From NCBI GenBank assembly GCA_036679605.1, contig JAZDCZ010000102.1:1-64000 (forward strand): 64,000 nt of DNA, given 5' to 3'. Source of the DNA: Gemmatimonadota bacterium (GTDB taxonomy: Bacteria; Gemmatimonadota; Gemmatimonadetes; Gemmatimonadales; GWC2-71-9). Below, one piece after another: positions 38,708-48,995 of the stretch. The notes beneath the pieces are model-generated. The model was given only the letters and a program-made list of their open reading frames with translations. It was not told the DNA's origin and ran no database searches. Positions within the stretch are counted from its first letter, which is position 1. Every line of letters begins with the position of its first letter. A program made the position numbers and the translations under genes.

Positions 38708-41700
38708 CTAGAATATGTACCGCCCTCCTACCTGCACCGATCTCGGCGTACCCAGGCCGGACTGAACCGTGCCATCGAAGTTGAACAGCAGCTCCCCGAA
38801 AGTCGGATCCAGGAAGTTGTCGGTGTCGGTCAGGTTGAAGACGTCCACGATCACCTCAAAGGCGCTGGCACCACGAGTCCTGAACATTTTCGAGAAGCGG
38901 ATATCCCACGAGAAGAACACGTTGTCCTTGCGCAGGGTGTTGCGCTTTATGACGCTCCCGTCGGCACAGTTCCGGTCGACCTCGGCGGCAATGCGCTCTC
39001 CCGCAGCCGGAGCGAAACTACTGAACGGGCTGGCACCGCAGCTCGCCGACGCGGGCTGAGCAGAAGCCACACGCAGCCGGTTGTTGATGGAAATGTCGTG
39101 TGGCAGCATGGTCAGGAGCCATGCATTCAAGCGGTGCCGCTGGTCGCGGTCGCTCCAGTTGTAGTCTGCGTCGAGGCGGTCCGCCCGCGCGTACCGGAAG
39201 ACGAACGGGTCACGCTCGTTGTCGTCATCCGACTTGTCGTACGAAAGTGTGTAGTTGACCTGGAACATCACCGGCCGAGTCATACGCTTGAGCCCAAGCG
39301 TCAGTCCATTGTAGCGGGACCTGCCCGAAGACTCCAGCGTAGTCAGGGCACCGATACCATTCGCCCCGAGGGCACCCCCGGGTCCGAACGGGCTCCCCAA
39401 CACTGCGTCATTGCGGTTGATGAAGCGGGCCAAGCCATCGGTGCTCGAGTGAGTATAGCTCACTGAGCCCGCAAGACCATTGGGAAGTTCCTGCTCGATC
39501 GCAAATGTCCCTGAAATCGTCCGGGGATTCTCGAAGTCCTTGTCGGTCACGAACACATCGGGAAGGAAGGGGCCTCCGGCCGGAGAAGGCAGCAGCTGGT
39601 CGATGTCGGGCGGCGGGCCAAGAACGCCTGTCAGCTCGCTGTTGCGGAACAGTGTTTGCCCAACGGAACCATTGGTGCTCCGCGTGCTTGCCAAGTTCAA
39701 AGCGGCGATGCGCGCGTAGTACCAACCGAGGCTGCCGCGGATCAGCGTCTTGCTATTACCCTGTACGTCCCACGCGAACCCGAACCGCGGTTGCCAGTTG
39801 TTGAGGTCGTCAGGAATGGTCCCGTCCGACGGAAACCCGCTCTGCCCGATGAAAGGTGCAAAGAACACGTCGGACGGCGGCGTTTGCACCGAGGGTTCGT
39901 AAGTTCCTTCCCAACGGAGTCCATAATTGAGCGTGAGGTTGGGATGCGGCCTCCACGAATCCTGGATGAAGAAGGCCAGCTCAGACTGCGGAATATCCTG
40001 AGTGCCCGCCTGCTCAAGGGTAAACGGAGATACCCCAGCCTGCTGAAGGTAGAGCAGCACAGGACCAGTGATGGTCTCTCCCGCCGGGCACGCGCCCGTC
40101 GTGTTACTACTACCATCAGAGCATTCGACGTACTGGTTGCCGTTTGCGGCATAGTTCAGAAAGCCCTGCGTGCTGCTAAAGACGAATCGCCCGTTGCCAA
40201 AGCCTACAAACGTCTGCACGGTTTCCGTACGGTTGTACTCGACCCCGACTTTAATAATGTGATCGCCCGTGGCAAACGTTACGTTATCTACCAGCTGGAT
40301 TCGTGTGTCGTGCGCCTTGACCGGTAGGAAAAACGGCATTCCCAACCGGAACCCACCACCAAAGTCCATCGCGATGTCGGGGAGCGGGCGGTTGCCGTCC
40401 GGCGTGTCCACTCCGGGCGGAGCTGGTATACCGGGGAGGGTCGGCCCGGAGTAGGGCCGCGGCCGGTCCTCGCGGGCATACTGGAACCGGAACTCGTTGC
40501 TCACCCGGTCGGAGAGCACCGAGTTCAGACTGCCATTAACGGCATGGGAAAAATCCTTCTCCAAGCCGTTTGCGCTGCGCAACCAGGTGTCCACATCGAA
40601 TGTACCGTTCTCCTGCTGCGACCACGTGTAGTTGTACTTGAGCGACAGGTTATGCCTGGTACCCAAGCGGAAATCGAACTTGGCCATGAGCGCCCGCGCA
40701 TTGTCCGTCCGGGCGATTGGCCCATCATCGCCACTCAGCACCCCGCCGAAGGCCGTGTCGACCCAGGCACTGAGCCCCGCATCGATCACGCGGTTCTGCT
40801 GTCGCGTGTCGTCTGAGTCCTGCGCATCGTAGGCGATGAAGAAGAACGCCTTGTCCTTGACGATGGGACCACCCAAGGTGAAACCGAACTGATGCTGCCG
40901 GAAGTCCGGATCGCGGGTCAACTGCTGGCCCGCACCGCCACACGCACCGCCCGAGTCCCTGCACTCGTGATTCGGCTTAGCCGCAATCTCATCGAACTTC
41001 CCAAAGTAGTGGAGCGAGCCGTGCAACTCGTTGGTCCCCGATTTGGTGATAACGTTGACGAAGCCACCGCCCGAACGGCCGAACTCGGCGTTCGCCCCGT
41101 TGGCCACTACCACGATCTCTTGGACGGCGTCGAGGTTGAAGGTGAACGGCGGCCGTTGCCCGCCACGCTGTTCCCCGAAAAACGGATTGTTGAAGTCCGC
41201 GCCATCAACAGAAATGTTGTTGTGGATTCCCCGCTGACCCGAGATGGTCAGCTCCTCGCCATCCGGACCCTGCACTATGGAAACGCCAGGGGTCAAGGTC
41301 GTGAGATTGATGAAGTCCCGTCCGTTGTTTGGGAGACCTTGCGTGGCCTCCACCGGTAGACGGGTCGCCGACTCGCTCTGCGATACATCCACAAGAGGCA
41401 CCCGTGCCTGGACGACCACGGCCTCGAGCCTGATCGCCTGCCCCAGCCGCAGCTCAAGCACGACGATCTGACCCACACGTACTGCGATTCCACCCTCCTG
41501 GGTTTCCTGGAATCCGACCGCACGCCCCGTAATCTCGTAGGTTCCGAGCGGGAGGAGCGAAGCAACGAACCTGCCATTGGCCCGGGTGGTCAACGTCCGC
41601 CGGAAGTTGGTTCCCACTTCTCGGAGAACCACCGTCGCACCAACAACCGGGCTCCCCTGTTGATCGACCACGGTACCACGAATGATACCCGTGGTGGCCT

Positions 41701-41785
41701 GGGCCTGGGCGGCTGCGGAACTCGCGCCGGCAAGCAGAAGAATCACCAGACCCAAAGCACAGCAACTCCAACGACGCATTGGCAT
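38708..41785 (-). CDS. Oar-like TonB-dependent receptor with carboxypeptidase-regulatory N-domain
   Basis: IRGTVVDQQGSPVVGATV, LPNNGRDF, AEFGRSGGG, TKSGTN, C-terminal Phe; GAGGT RBS before ATG 41785. Confidence 0.88.
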   Translation of the reverse strand: MPMRRWSCCALGLVILLLAGASSAAAQAQATTGIIRGTVVDQQGSPVVGATVVLREVGTNFRRTLTTRANGRFVASLLPLGTYEITGRAVGFQETQEGGIAVRVGQIVVLELRLGQAIRLEAVVVQARVPLVDVSQSESATRLPVEATQGLPNNGRDFINLTTLTPGVSIVQGPDGEELTISGQRGIHNNISVDGADFNNPFFGEQRGGQRPPFTFNLDAVQEIVVVANGANAEFGRSGGGFVNVITKSGTNELHGSLHYFGKFDEIAAKPNHECRDSGGACGGAGQQLTRDPDFRQHQFGFTLGGPIVKDKAFFFIAYDAQDSDDTRQQNRVIDAGLSAWVDTAFGGVLSGDDGPIARTDNARALMAKFDFRLGTRHNLSLKYNYTWSQQENGTFDVDTWLRSANGLEKDFSHAVNGSLNSVLSDRVSNEFRFQYAREDRPRPYSGPTLPGIPAPPGVDTPDGNRPLPDIAMDFGGGFRLGMPFFLPVKAHDTRIQLVDNVTFATGDHIIKVGVEYNRTETVQTFVGFGNGRFVFSSTQGFLNYAANGNQYVECSDGSSNTTGACPAGETITGPVLLYLQQAGVSPFTLEQAGTQDIPQSELAFFIQDSWRPHPNLTLNYGLRWEGTYEPSVQTPPSDVFFAPFIGQSGFPSDGTIPDDLNNWQPRFGFAWDVQGNSKTLIRGSLGWYYARIAALNLASTRSTNGSVGQTLFRNSELTGVLGPPPDIDQLLPSPAGGPFLPDVFVTDKDFENPRTISGTFAIEQELPNGLAGSVSYTHSSTDGLARFINRNDAVLGSPFGPGGALGANGIGALTTLESSGRSRYNGLTLGLKRMTRPVMFQVNYTLSYDKSDDDNERDPFVFRYARADRLDADYNWSDRDQRHRLNAWLLTMLPHDISINNRLRVASAQPASASCGASPFSSFAPAAGERIAAEVDRNCADGSVIKRNTLRKDNVFFSWDIRFSKMFRTRGASAFEVIVDVFNLTDTDNFLDPTFGELLFNFDGTVQSGLGTPRSVQVGGRYIF

Positions 41786-41937
41786 GTTTACCTCTCTAAT
41801 CTGGGTGAATGTTGGACGGCATTCTGTGAATTTCTTGAGGGCCTTGAAAAGGGCGAAATTGTACGATAGCCCAACCTTCCACACTCGGCAACCCTATAGG
41901 AAACTAGAACCTCGGAGAACTACGAACTGTAACAAGA

Positions 41938-42408
41938 TTAGTAGTCTATTCTGTCCTCCATCTCCTCCCATTCGCGAAACGCTGTCCTAGCCTCATCCGC
42001 CAATAGACGAATAGTGGAAATGCTGCGCCGGTCAATTGGGAGGCTCAACTGCTGATATATTAACTCGTCGTCGAAACCGATCCGAGCGGCATCGGCTCGC
42101 GTGTTGGCATAGTAGATTTTGTCGATCCGCGCCCAGTAGATCGCGCTGAGACACATCGGGCAGGGCTCGCAACTCGCAAAAATCTCACACCCATCCAGCC
42201 GAAAGCTGCCAACATTGCCACACGCCTGCCGGATCGCGACGACCTCGGCGTGGGCCGTGGGATCGTTTCGAGACGTCACTTGATTGTAACCTTCGCCCAC
42301 GATCTCCCCGTCCTTAGCTATGACGGCGCCGAAAGGGCCTCCTTTGTGAGCCCGCATCATCTCCTCTGCCAAGGAGATCGCACGTTTCATGAGAGCTGTA
42401 GGATCCAT
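41938..42408 (-). CDS. guaD: guanine deaminase (cytidine-deaminase fold)
   Basis: GGPFGAVI, DPTAHAE, CEPCPMC, GFDD, C-terminal Tyr. Confidence 0.88.
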   Translation of the reverse strand: MDPTALMKRAISLAEEMMRAHKGGPFGAVIAKDGEIVGEGYNQVTSRNDPTAHAEVVAIRQACGNVGSFRLDGCEIFASCEPCPMCLSAIYWARIDKIYYANTRADAARIGFDDELIYQQLSLPIDRRSISTIRLLADEARTAFREWEEMEDRIDY

Positions 42409-42440
42409 AGGACTCGGTTACCGTGACATGGTTCGACTCG

Positions 42441-43739
42441 TTACCACTCGGCAGTATGTAGCTGTTCTGACCGCGGAGCAAGCTCACGTCCCCCAGCCAG
42501 ATACTGCTTCCAAGTAACTGAGTCATGGTCGTTCGGCACGTGCTGCATGGTGATACAACCCTTCACAGGGCAGACTTCCGCACAGAGGTTACACCCCACG
42601 CAAGATTCCTCGATAATCTCGACAACCGGAACGCCATCGCCTCGTGACATGCGGCGGATCGCTTGGTGCGCTCCGTCTTCGCAAGCCGTCCAGCAAAGCT
42701 CACAACCTATGCAGGTGCTCTGGTTGATCTCCGCAACCAGGTGATAGTTGAGGTCGAGCTCCTCCCACTTTACAACATTGGATACCGCCCGGCCGCAGAT
42801 CTCGCCGAGCGTAGCGATCTCATGTTCGTCCATCCAATTCTCAAGCCCGTCGATCATGTCCTCGACGATCCGGAACCCGTAGTGCATGACAGCCGTACAC
42901 ACCTGGACAGTAGCAGCCCCAAGCAGGATGAACTCTGCTGCATCGCGCCACGTCGCGACCCCACCGATCCCGGAGATCGGAAGGTGCACAGCCTCGTCAC
43001 CGGCCACCGCCGACAGCAAGTGCAAGGCAATCGGCTTCACGGCAGGGCCACAATATCCGCCATGACTCGACTTCCCTTTGACGGACGGAAGGGGTGAGAA
43101 GGTCTCCAGGTCCACTCCTACTATGGAATTTATTGTGTTTATCAAGGACAACGCATCGGCACCTCCACGAACGGCGGCACGCGCAATAAACGTTATATCC
43201 GTAACGTTGGGGGTGAGCTTCACGATCACCGGAATCGTGGATACTTCCTTGACCCATTCGACGATCTGAGTTGTATAGTCCGGAACCTGCCCCACCGCAG
43301 CCCCCATCCCACGTTCGCTCATGCCATGGGGACATCCGAAATTGAGTTCCAATCCATCAGCACCGGTGCCCTCGGATCTCTTCACCATTTCATGCCATGA
43401 CTCTCGCTTACTCTCAACCATCAACGAAACGACGATGGCATTCTGCGGATAGTGCTTCTTTACCAGTGCTATGTCTCTGAGGTTGTCGTCTATCGGACGA
43501 TCGGTAATCAACTCGATGTTATTGAATCCCATCATCCGATTGATACCGAGATCGACCGAGCCGTAGCGAGAAAACACGTTGATGATCGGGTCTCCGACCG
43601 TCTTCCATACCGCCCCGCCCCAGCCCGAGTCGAACGCCTTCGCAACCTGGCCGTACGTATTGGTTGGAGGACCCGACGCTAACCAAAAGGGGTTGGGACT
43701 CTTGATACCACCAAAATCAACCGTTAGATCTGCCATCAT
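42441..43739 (-). CDS. preA: NAD-dependent dihydropyrimidine dehydrogenase subunit PreA
   Basis: NPFWLASGPPT, ELNFGCPHGMSERGMG, KLTPN, two C-terminal CxxCxxC ferredoxin motifs. Confidence 0.93.
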   Translation of the reverse strand: MMADLTVDFGGIKSPNPFWLASGPPTNTYGQVAKAFDSGWGGAVWKTVGDPIINVFSRYGSVDLGINRMMGFNNIELITDRPIDDNLRDIALVKKHYPQNAIVVSLMVESKRESWHEMVKRSEGTGADGLELNFGCPHGMSERGMGAAVGQVPDYTTQIVEWVKEVSTIPVIVKLTPNVTDITFIARAAVRGGADALSLINTINSIVGVDLETFSPLPSVKGKSSHGGYCGPAVKPIALHLLSAVAGDEAVHLPISGIGGVATWRDAAEFILLGAATVQVCTAVMHYGFRIVEDMIDGLENWMDEHEIATLGEICGRAVSNVVKWEELDLNYHLVAEINQSTCIGCELCWTACEDGAHQAIRRMSRGDGVPVVEIIEESCVGCNLCAEVCPVKGCITMQHVPNDHDSVTWKQYLAGGRELAPRSEQLHTAEW

Positions 43740-43775
43740 ACCTCCAGGGTGCAACGCCGCATCTTCCGCACTTTA

Positions 43776-43824
43776 CTACCGCCTCTTTTCCTACCGCCTT
43801 GTTCTACCGCCCTGTTTTACCGCC
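43776..43824. repeat. four spaced (C/T)TACCGCC repeats
   Basis: At 43776, 43791, 43804 and 43817, between preT and preA. Confidence 0.7.
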
Positions 43825-45142
43825 CCCTCATGCACAACAACTCGTGAATATCCGCCGCCGCTTGCTTGCCCTCAGCCGCTGCATTCACGATCTCCGCGCC
43901 ACCACTTCCGCAGTCGCCTCCTACAAACACATTTGACTTCTTGCTCACCATGCGGCCATCGTCGTCTCGCAAGCATGTACCGTCAACGAAATCGGTGAGC
44001 GCAGTTTGTCCCAGTGCCTTGAGTACCATATCACATTCAATCACATGGGATGAACCGTCTACCTCGACGGGTCGGCGAGCACCGCTTCCGTCCAACAGCG
44101 CGGGCTCCGTTATCACGCATTCGATGCCCGTTACCTTCTCGCTGCCTAGGATCCGCTTGGGTGCCGTGGCAAAGCGAAACTCGCATCCGTCCCTCTTGGC
44201 AAGATCGTACTCGTAGTGATAGGCGGGCATCTCATTCTGACTCCGCCGATAGACTATTGTCGCACTCTCAGCTCCCAGACGCTTAGCCTGCGTAACGGCA
44301 TCGATAGCTGTGTTACCAGCACCAATGACAACGACACGCTTGCCGACCGGTGTGTCGGCGTAGGGATGCGACTTGAGGTGCTCTATGAAATCCAGGGCAT
44401 CGAGCACCCCCGACAGACCCTCTCCGGGAATCCCCAATTGTCGCGAGCCTCCTAACCCGACCGCGACGAACACGGCGTCGAAGTCCTTCTCCAACTGCTT
44501 CAACTGAATGTCCTCACCAACCGCGACACCCGTCCTCAACTCCACACCGAGTGCCAGAATCTGGCGACATTCAGCGAGAGCAATGTCACGCCTCATCTTG
44601 TACTCTGCGATTCCGTAGGTGTTGAGCCCGCCCGGTTGGTCCCTCGACTCAAATACTGTCACCGAGTAGCCAAGCCGGGCAAGATCCTGCGCACACGACA
44701 GCCCAGCCGGACCTGCACCCACAATGGCCACTCGCTTACCGTTCGGCTCACCAGCCTCGAACAGCTGGACATTCTTCTCCAACACGTAATCAGTCGCGTG
44801 TCTCTGCAACAGAGCGATCTTGATCGGAGTCTCGTCGCGTTGATTCAACACGCACGCGCCCTCACACAGCACTTCAACCGGACATGCCCGGGCGCAGGAG
44901 TGCCCCATAGGATTGGCATCCAATATCACTCGGGCGGATCCGACGAGATTTCCCGTGGAAATTTTCTTGATAAACGACGGCACGTCGATGTGCGTAGGAC
45001 AGGCAATCGTACAAGGAGCATCGTAGCAATAGAGGCACTTGGTGGCCTCTAAGAGCACTGCATCCACCGTGAGTGCCGGTGCAATCTCCGAGAACCGCTC
45101 CTCGAGTTCCTCAGGCGTGCGCAGTGGAGACCAGTTACTCAT
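43817..45142 (-). CDS. preT: dihydropyrimidine dehydrogenase subunit PreT (GltD-like)
   Basis: CLYCYDAPCTIACPT, GAGPAG, GAGNTAID; adjacent to preA. Confidence 0.9.
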   Translation of the reverse strand: MSNWSPLRTPEELEERFSEIAPALTVDAVLLEATKCLYCYDAPCTIACPTHIDVPSFIKKISTGNLVGSARVILDANPMGHSCARACPVEVLCEGACVLNQRDETPIKIALLQRHATDYVLEKNVQLFEAGEPNGKRVAIVGAGPAGLSCAQDLARLGYSVTVFESRDQPGGLNTYGIAEYKMRRDIALAECRQILALGVELRTGVAVGEDIQLKQLEKDFDAVFVAVGLGGSRQLGIPGEGLSGVLDALDFIEHLKSHPYADTPVGKRVVVIGAGNTAIDAVTQAKRLGAESATIVYRRSQNEMPAYHYEYDLAKRDGCEFRFATAPKRILGSEKVTGIECVITEPALLDGSGARRPVEVDGSSHVIECDMVLKALGQTALTDFVDGTCLRDDDGRMVSKKSNVFVGGDCGSGGAEIVNAAAEGKQAAADIHELLCMRGR

Positions 45143-46613
45143 CGGATTCCACCGGCATCGGAGACCCTCCCGCAACCTTGCCTCCCATCATTTTCATTCC
45201 TGCCAGATAGGTAACAGATGAAATAGCAAAACCCACAAACCACGCCCAGTTGTACACCGTCACAGCCAAAGTAGATGCCTCCAACATGCCCAGTGCCGAC
45301 AAAAACCCCGGAAGATTTGGTGCAACACCGAGTATGAGTGCTGCCACAGCAATCCAATTCAAGCCTTTCTGGTATTCATAGGCGCCGTTTCTCATGTAGA
45401 GTTGGTCAACCTTTAAGATTCCCTTTCTTAGAACGAAGTAATCGGCAATCATTATCCCGGCCACCGGCCCCAACAGAGCACCATACCCGATGAGCCAGGT
45501 GAAGATGTACGCTTGGGCATCGTTGAATAGTTTCCATGGAAACATCACGATCCCGATAACGGCAGTAATAATTACGCCCGTCTTGAAGGAGATCTTTCCC
45601 GGGGCCAGGTTGCTGAATCCGTTCGCCGGCGCTACGACGTTGGCAGCGATATTTGTGGTGAGCGTCGCGATGGTAAGGCCGAGCATTGCGATGGCGACCG
45701 TGAACGGCCCGCCCACACGAGAGAGTAACTCAATCGGGTCTGAGATACGCGCACCGAAAATCACAAGCGTTGCGTTAGTGACCACGGCTCCTATAAACGA
45801 AAATAGTGCCATGGTGACCGGCAAGCCCAATGCTTGACCAACCAGCTGGTCTCGCTGTGTCTTGGCATAACGCGAAAAATCCGGAATCGAGAGGGCCATG
45901 GTGCCCCAAAACGCTACGGCCGAGGTAAGCCCAGCGCCGAACAACTGCCCTGCTGCACCAGATCCATTGTCTGCGGGCCTCGGCGGATTTTCCAACATGG
46001 GGCCGATTCCGCCGGCGTTCACAAGCGCCCAAGCGAAAAGGGCCGCGCCAATAATCAACAAGAACGGCGAACCCCATGTCTCCAGAAGTCTGATCGACTC
46101 CATACCGCGAACAGCGATCCAGACATTGAGGCTCCAGAAAAACATGAAGCACACAAACTCTCCCGTACCGAGTCCTACCCATCCGGGTAGAATGGCCGGC
46201 AGCGTTGCGACTCCCGGCCAAACGACCTCGAGTAGTTTGAATATCGCCCAGCCACCAATCCACGTCTGAATGCCGAACCAGCCACATGCGACGATGGAAC
46301 GGAGTATGGATGGGATGTGCGCACCAACTACCCCGAAGGCCGCACGTGTCATGACCGGAAACGGGATACCGTACCGGGTTCCCGCGTGTGAGTTGAGGGC
46401 AATCGGAATCAGAACGATCAAGTTCCCAAGAACCACCGACCCCACAGCAGTCTGCCAAGTCCAGCCCTGATCGACAAGACTTGACGCGAGCGTGTAGGTC
46501 GGAATAGTGATGGCCATTCCGACCCAAAGCGACGCTATGTTCAACCACGACCAGGTACGCTGCTCCAATCCAACTGGTTCGAGGTCGCGGTTGGTCAGTG
46601 TATGTTCAGACAC
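45135..46613 (-). CDS. NCS1 nucleobase:cation symporter
   Basis: YGIPFPV, ACGWFGIQTW, IPDFSRY, NIAANVVAP. Confidence 0.92.
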   Translation of the reverse strand: MSEHTLTNRDLEPVGLEQRTWSWLNIASLWVGMAITIPTYTLASSLVDQGWTWQTAVGSVVLGNLIVLIPIALNSHAGTRYGIPFPVMTRAAFGVVGAHIPSILRSIVACGWFGIQTWIGGWAIFKLLEVVWPGVATLPAILPGWVGLGTGEFVCFMFFWSLNVWIAVRGMESIRLLETWGSPFLLIIGAALFAWALVNAGGIGPMLENPPRPADNGSGAAGQLFGAGLTSAVAFWGTMALSIPDFSRYAKTQRDQLVGQALGLPVTMALFSFIGAVVTNATLVIFGARISDPIELLSRVGGPFTVAIAMLGLTIATLTTNIAANVVAPANGFSNLAPGKISFKTGVIITAVIGIVMFPWKLFNDAQAYIFTWLIGYGALLGPVAGIMIADYFVLRKGILKVDQLYMRNGAYEYQKGLNWIAVAALILGVAPNLPGFLSALGMLEASTLAVTVYNWAWFVGFAISSVTYLAGMKMMGGKVAGGSPMPVESDE

Positions 46614-46657
46614 CCTCTACCTGACCCGAACTGCCGCATTGACGTTGGCCAACTCGA

Positions 46658-48040
46658 TCACATTGCCCGTTCCGCACGCTTGATGAACGAGCCGTCACCC
46701 GGCTTCCCAATGTATTTTCCGTCCTCGATTATCACTCGGCCCCGTGACATTACCAACTCCGTAGCGCCCATGACCTTGCGACCTTCGTACGGGTTGTAGT
46801 CGACTCTCATGTGCAAGGAGTCCACACCAAGCGTTAACTCCTTTTCGGGGTCAAATACCACAATATCTGCGAATGACCCCGGCGCTATTGTGCCGCGCTG
46901 CGGCCAGAGGCCAAAGATCTTGGCCGGAGCGGTCGCCGTAATCTCCACGAACCTATTCATTGAAATACGCTTCTGATGCACTCCTCCGTCGTATACCAGG
47001 CTCATTCTCGTCTCGATGCCTGGGGCTCCGTTCGGAATCTGCGAGAAGTCATCGACTCCCATCTCCTTCTGCTCCTTCATACAGAAAGGACAATGGTCTG
47101 TAGATACGACTTGCAGGTCGTATCCCGACAGCCCGCGCCATAGATGATCGCGCTTAGCTGCGTCTCGGAGCGGCGGGCTCATTACGTACTTGGCCCCATC
47201 AAAACCGGGTTCCTCATAATTGTCGTATGAGAGGAACAAATATTGTGGGCACGTCTCCGCATATGCTGGAAGCCCACGGTCCCTCGCTTCAGTAACCATC
47301 TCTAGGGCCTCGGCAGCCGACAGGTGAACGATGTAGATAGGTACGTCGGCCATCTCCGCCAGTGCAATCGCTCGATGTGTCGCTTCAGCTTCTGCCCGCG
47401 CCGGTCGCGTCAAGGCGTGGTACTTTGGAGCTGTCTGTCCCCGCGCTAGCGCTCGCTTTACCAGAACGTCAATTACACCGCCGTTCTCGGCATGCATGCA
47501 GATGGTTCCGCCGTTTTCACCAGTGCGTAGCAACGCACGAAAAATCGATGCGTCGTCCAACATGAACACGCCCGGATACGCCATGAAGAGCTTAAAGGAA
47601 GTCACCCCCTCCTTGACCATGGCGTCCATTTCCTTCTCCGTCTGATCGTTCAGATCGGTCATGATCAGATGAAATCCATAATCGATCGCCGCCTTGCCCT
47701 CAGCCTTCTTCATCCATGTTTCCCAGGCGTCATGCAACGTTTCACCCTTAAACTGGATGGCGAAGTCTACAATCGACGTCGTTCCTCCGAACGCAGCCGC
47801 AATCGTCCCCGTTTCAAAATCGTCCGCCGATTTTGTTCCCCCAAACGGCATGTCGAGATGAGTGTGGACATCGATTCCACCGGGAATCACGTACTTCCCA
47901 CTCGCGTCAATGACTTTGTCCGCAGTGACATCGAGCTTCGTACCGATCAGGGTGACTATTTCGTCCTCCACCAGCACATCACCCGAATACGTGTCACTGG
48001 CAGTGAAGATCGAACCGTTTTTTATCAGTGTGCGCGCCAT
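46658..48040 (-). CDS. hydA: dihydropyrimidinase
   Basis: PGGIDVHTHLDMPFGG, SFKLFMAY, HAENG, ETCPQY, TDHCPF. Confidence 0.93.
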   Translation of the reverse strand: MARTLIKNGSIFTASDTYSGDVLVEDEIVTLIGTKLDVTADKVIDASGKYVIPGGIDVHTHLDMPFGGTKSADDFETGTIAAAFGGTTSIVDFAIQFKGETLHDAWETWMKKAEGKAAIDYGFHLIMTDLNDQTEKEMDAMVKEGVTSFKLFMAYPGVFMLDDASIFRALLRTGENGGTICMHAENGGVIDVLVKRALARGQTAPKYHALTRPARAEAEATHRAIALAEMADVPIYIVHLSAAEALEMVTEARDRGLPAYAETCPQYLFLSYDNYEEPGFDGAKYVMSPPLRDAAKRDHLWRGLSGYDLQVVSTDHCPFCMKEQKEMGVDDFSQIPNGAPGIETRMSLVYDGGVHQKRISMNRFVEITATAPAKIFGLWPQRGTIAPGSFADIVVFDPEKELTLGVDSLHMRVDYNPYEGRKVMGATELVMSRGRVIIEDGKYIGKPGDGSFIKRAERAM

Positions 48041-48055
48041 CTTCTCATTTCCTCG

Positions 48056-48925
48056 CTATGGCAACTGCTCTACCATGTCGTCGTATGTTTCCGGACGTCG
48101 ATCTCTAAAGAACTGCCACGTACGCCGCACTTCCTCGATCATATCGAGATCCATTTCAGCCACAATGAGTTCGTCACCGTCCTCACTCCCCTCGACGATG
48201 ATACTACCACGCGGATCTACGAAATAACTCGAACCATAAAATTCACCAATATTCCAGGGAGCTTCCGTCCCGACCCGGTTGATGCAGCCCATGAAGTAAC
48301 CGTTTGCCACGGCGTGCGCCGGCTGCTCGAGCTTCCAGAGATATTGTGACAACCCTTTCACCGTCGCCGACGGATTGAACACGATCTCGGCACCGTGTAA
48401 CCCGAGCAGCCTGGCGCCCTCGGGAAAGTGCCGGTCATAGCAGATGTACACTCCAATACGAGCATACCTGGTTTGGAAGGTTGGGTAACCAAGATTGCCC
48501 GGCTTGAAGAAATACTTCTCCCAAAAGCCAGAGGTATGCGGAATGTGATTCTTACGATACTTGCCTAGCAGACTACCGTCGGCATCGATGACCGCTGCCG
48601 AATTGTAGTAAACACCTGCCATCTCACGCTCATATATCGGTACGATGATGACCATGTTGTGCTGCTTTGCTAGATCCTGCATCAGTTCGATTGTTGGACC
48701 CGGTATCTCTTCCGCGATATCACACCACTTGCTGTCCTGACTAGGACAGAAGTACGGACCGTTGAAGATCTCCTGCAAACACAGGATCTGAACTCCTTTC
48801 TTTCCAGCATCCTCGATAAAAGGGATGTGCTTCTCCAGCATGGCGTCTCGGATCACCGCAATCGACGAGGTGTCGTCATTGACTGGATTAGACATCTGGA
48901 TGAGACCAGCAGTAACCTTGCGCAT
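48056..48925 (-). CDS. nitrilase-fold beta-ureidopropionase (N-carbamoyl-beta-alanine amidohydrolase)
   Basis: CLQE, YRKNHIP, FWEKYFF, ICYDRHFPEG; located in the pyrimidine operon. Confidence 0.82.
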   Translation of the reverse strand: MRKVTAGLIQMSNPVNDDTSSIAVIRDAMLEKHIPFIEDAGKKGVQILCLQEIFNGPYFCPSQDSKWCDIAEEIPGPTIELMQDLAKQHNMVIIVPIYEREMAGVYYNSAAVIDADGSLLGKYRKNHIPHTSGFWEKYFFKPGNLGYPTFQTRYARIGVYICYDRHFPEGARLLGLHGAEIVFNPSATVKGLSQYLWKLEQPAHAVANGYFMGCINRVGTEAPWNIGEFYGSSYFVDPRGSIIVEGSEDGDELIVAEMDLDMIEEVRRTWQFFRDRRPETYDDMVEQLP

Positions 48926-48995
48926 TCGTTCCTCGTATTTGTGACGACGGATCGCCGATCACCTACCGCTCAACGCCATGCCCTATAGGCGACTT

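Noticed and set aside
43817..45142. Glutamate synthase small subunit gltD
   Set aside because: Adjacent to preA and hydA with no gltB, so preT fits better
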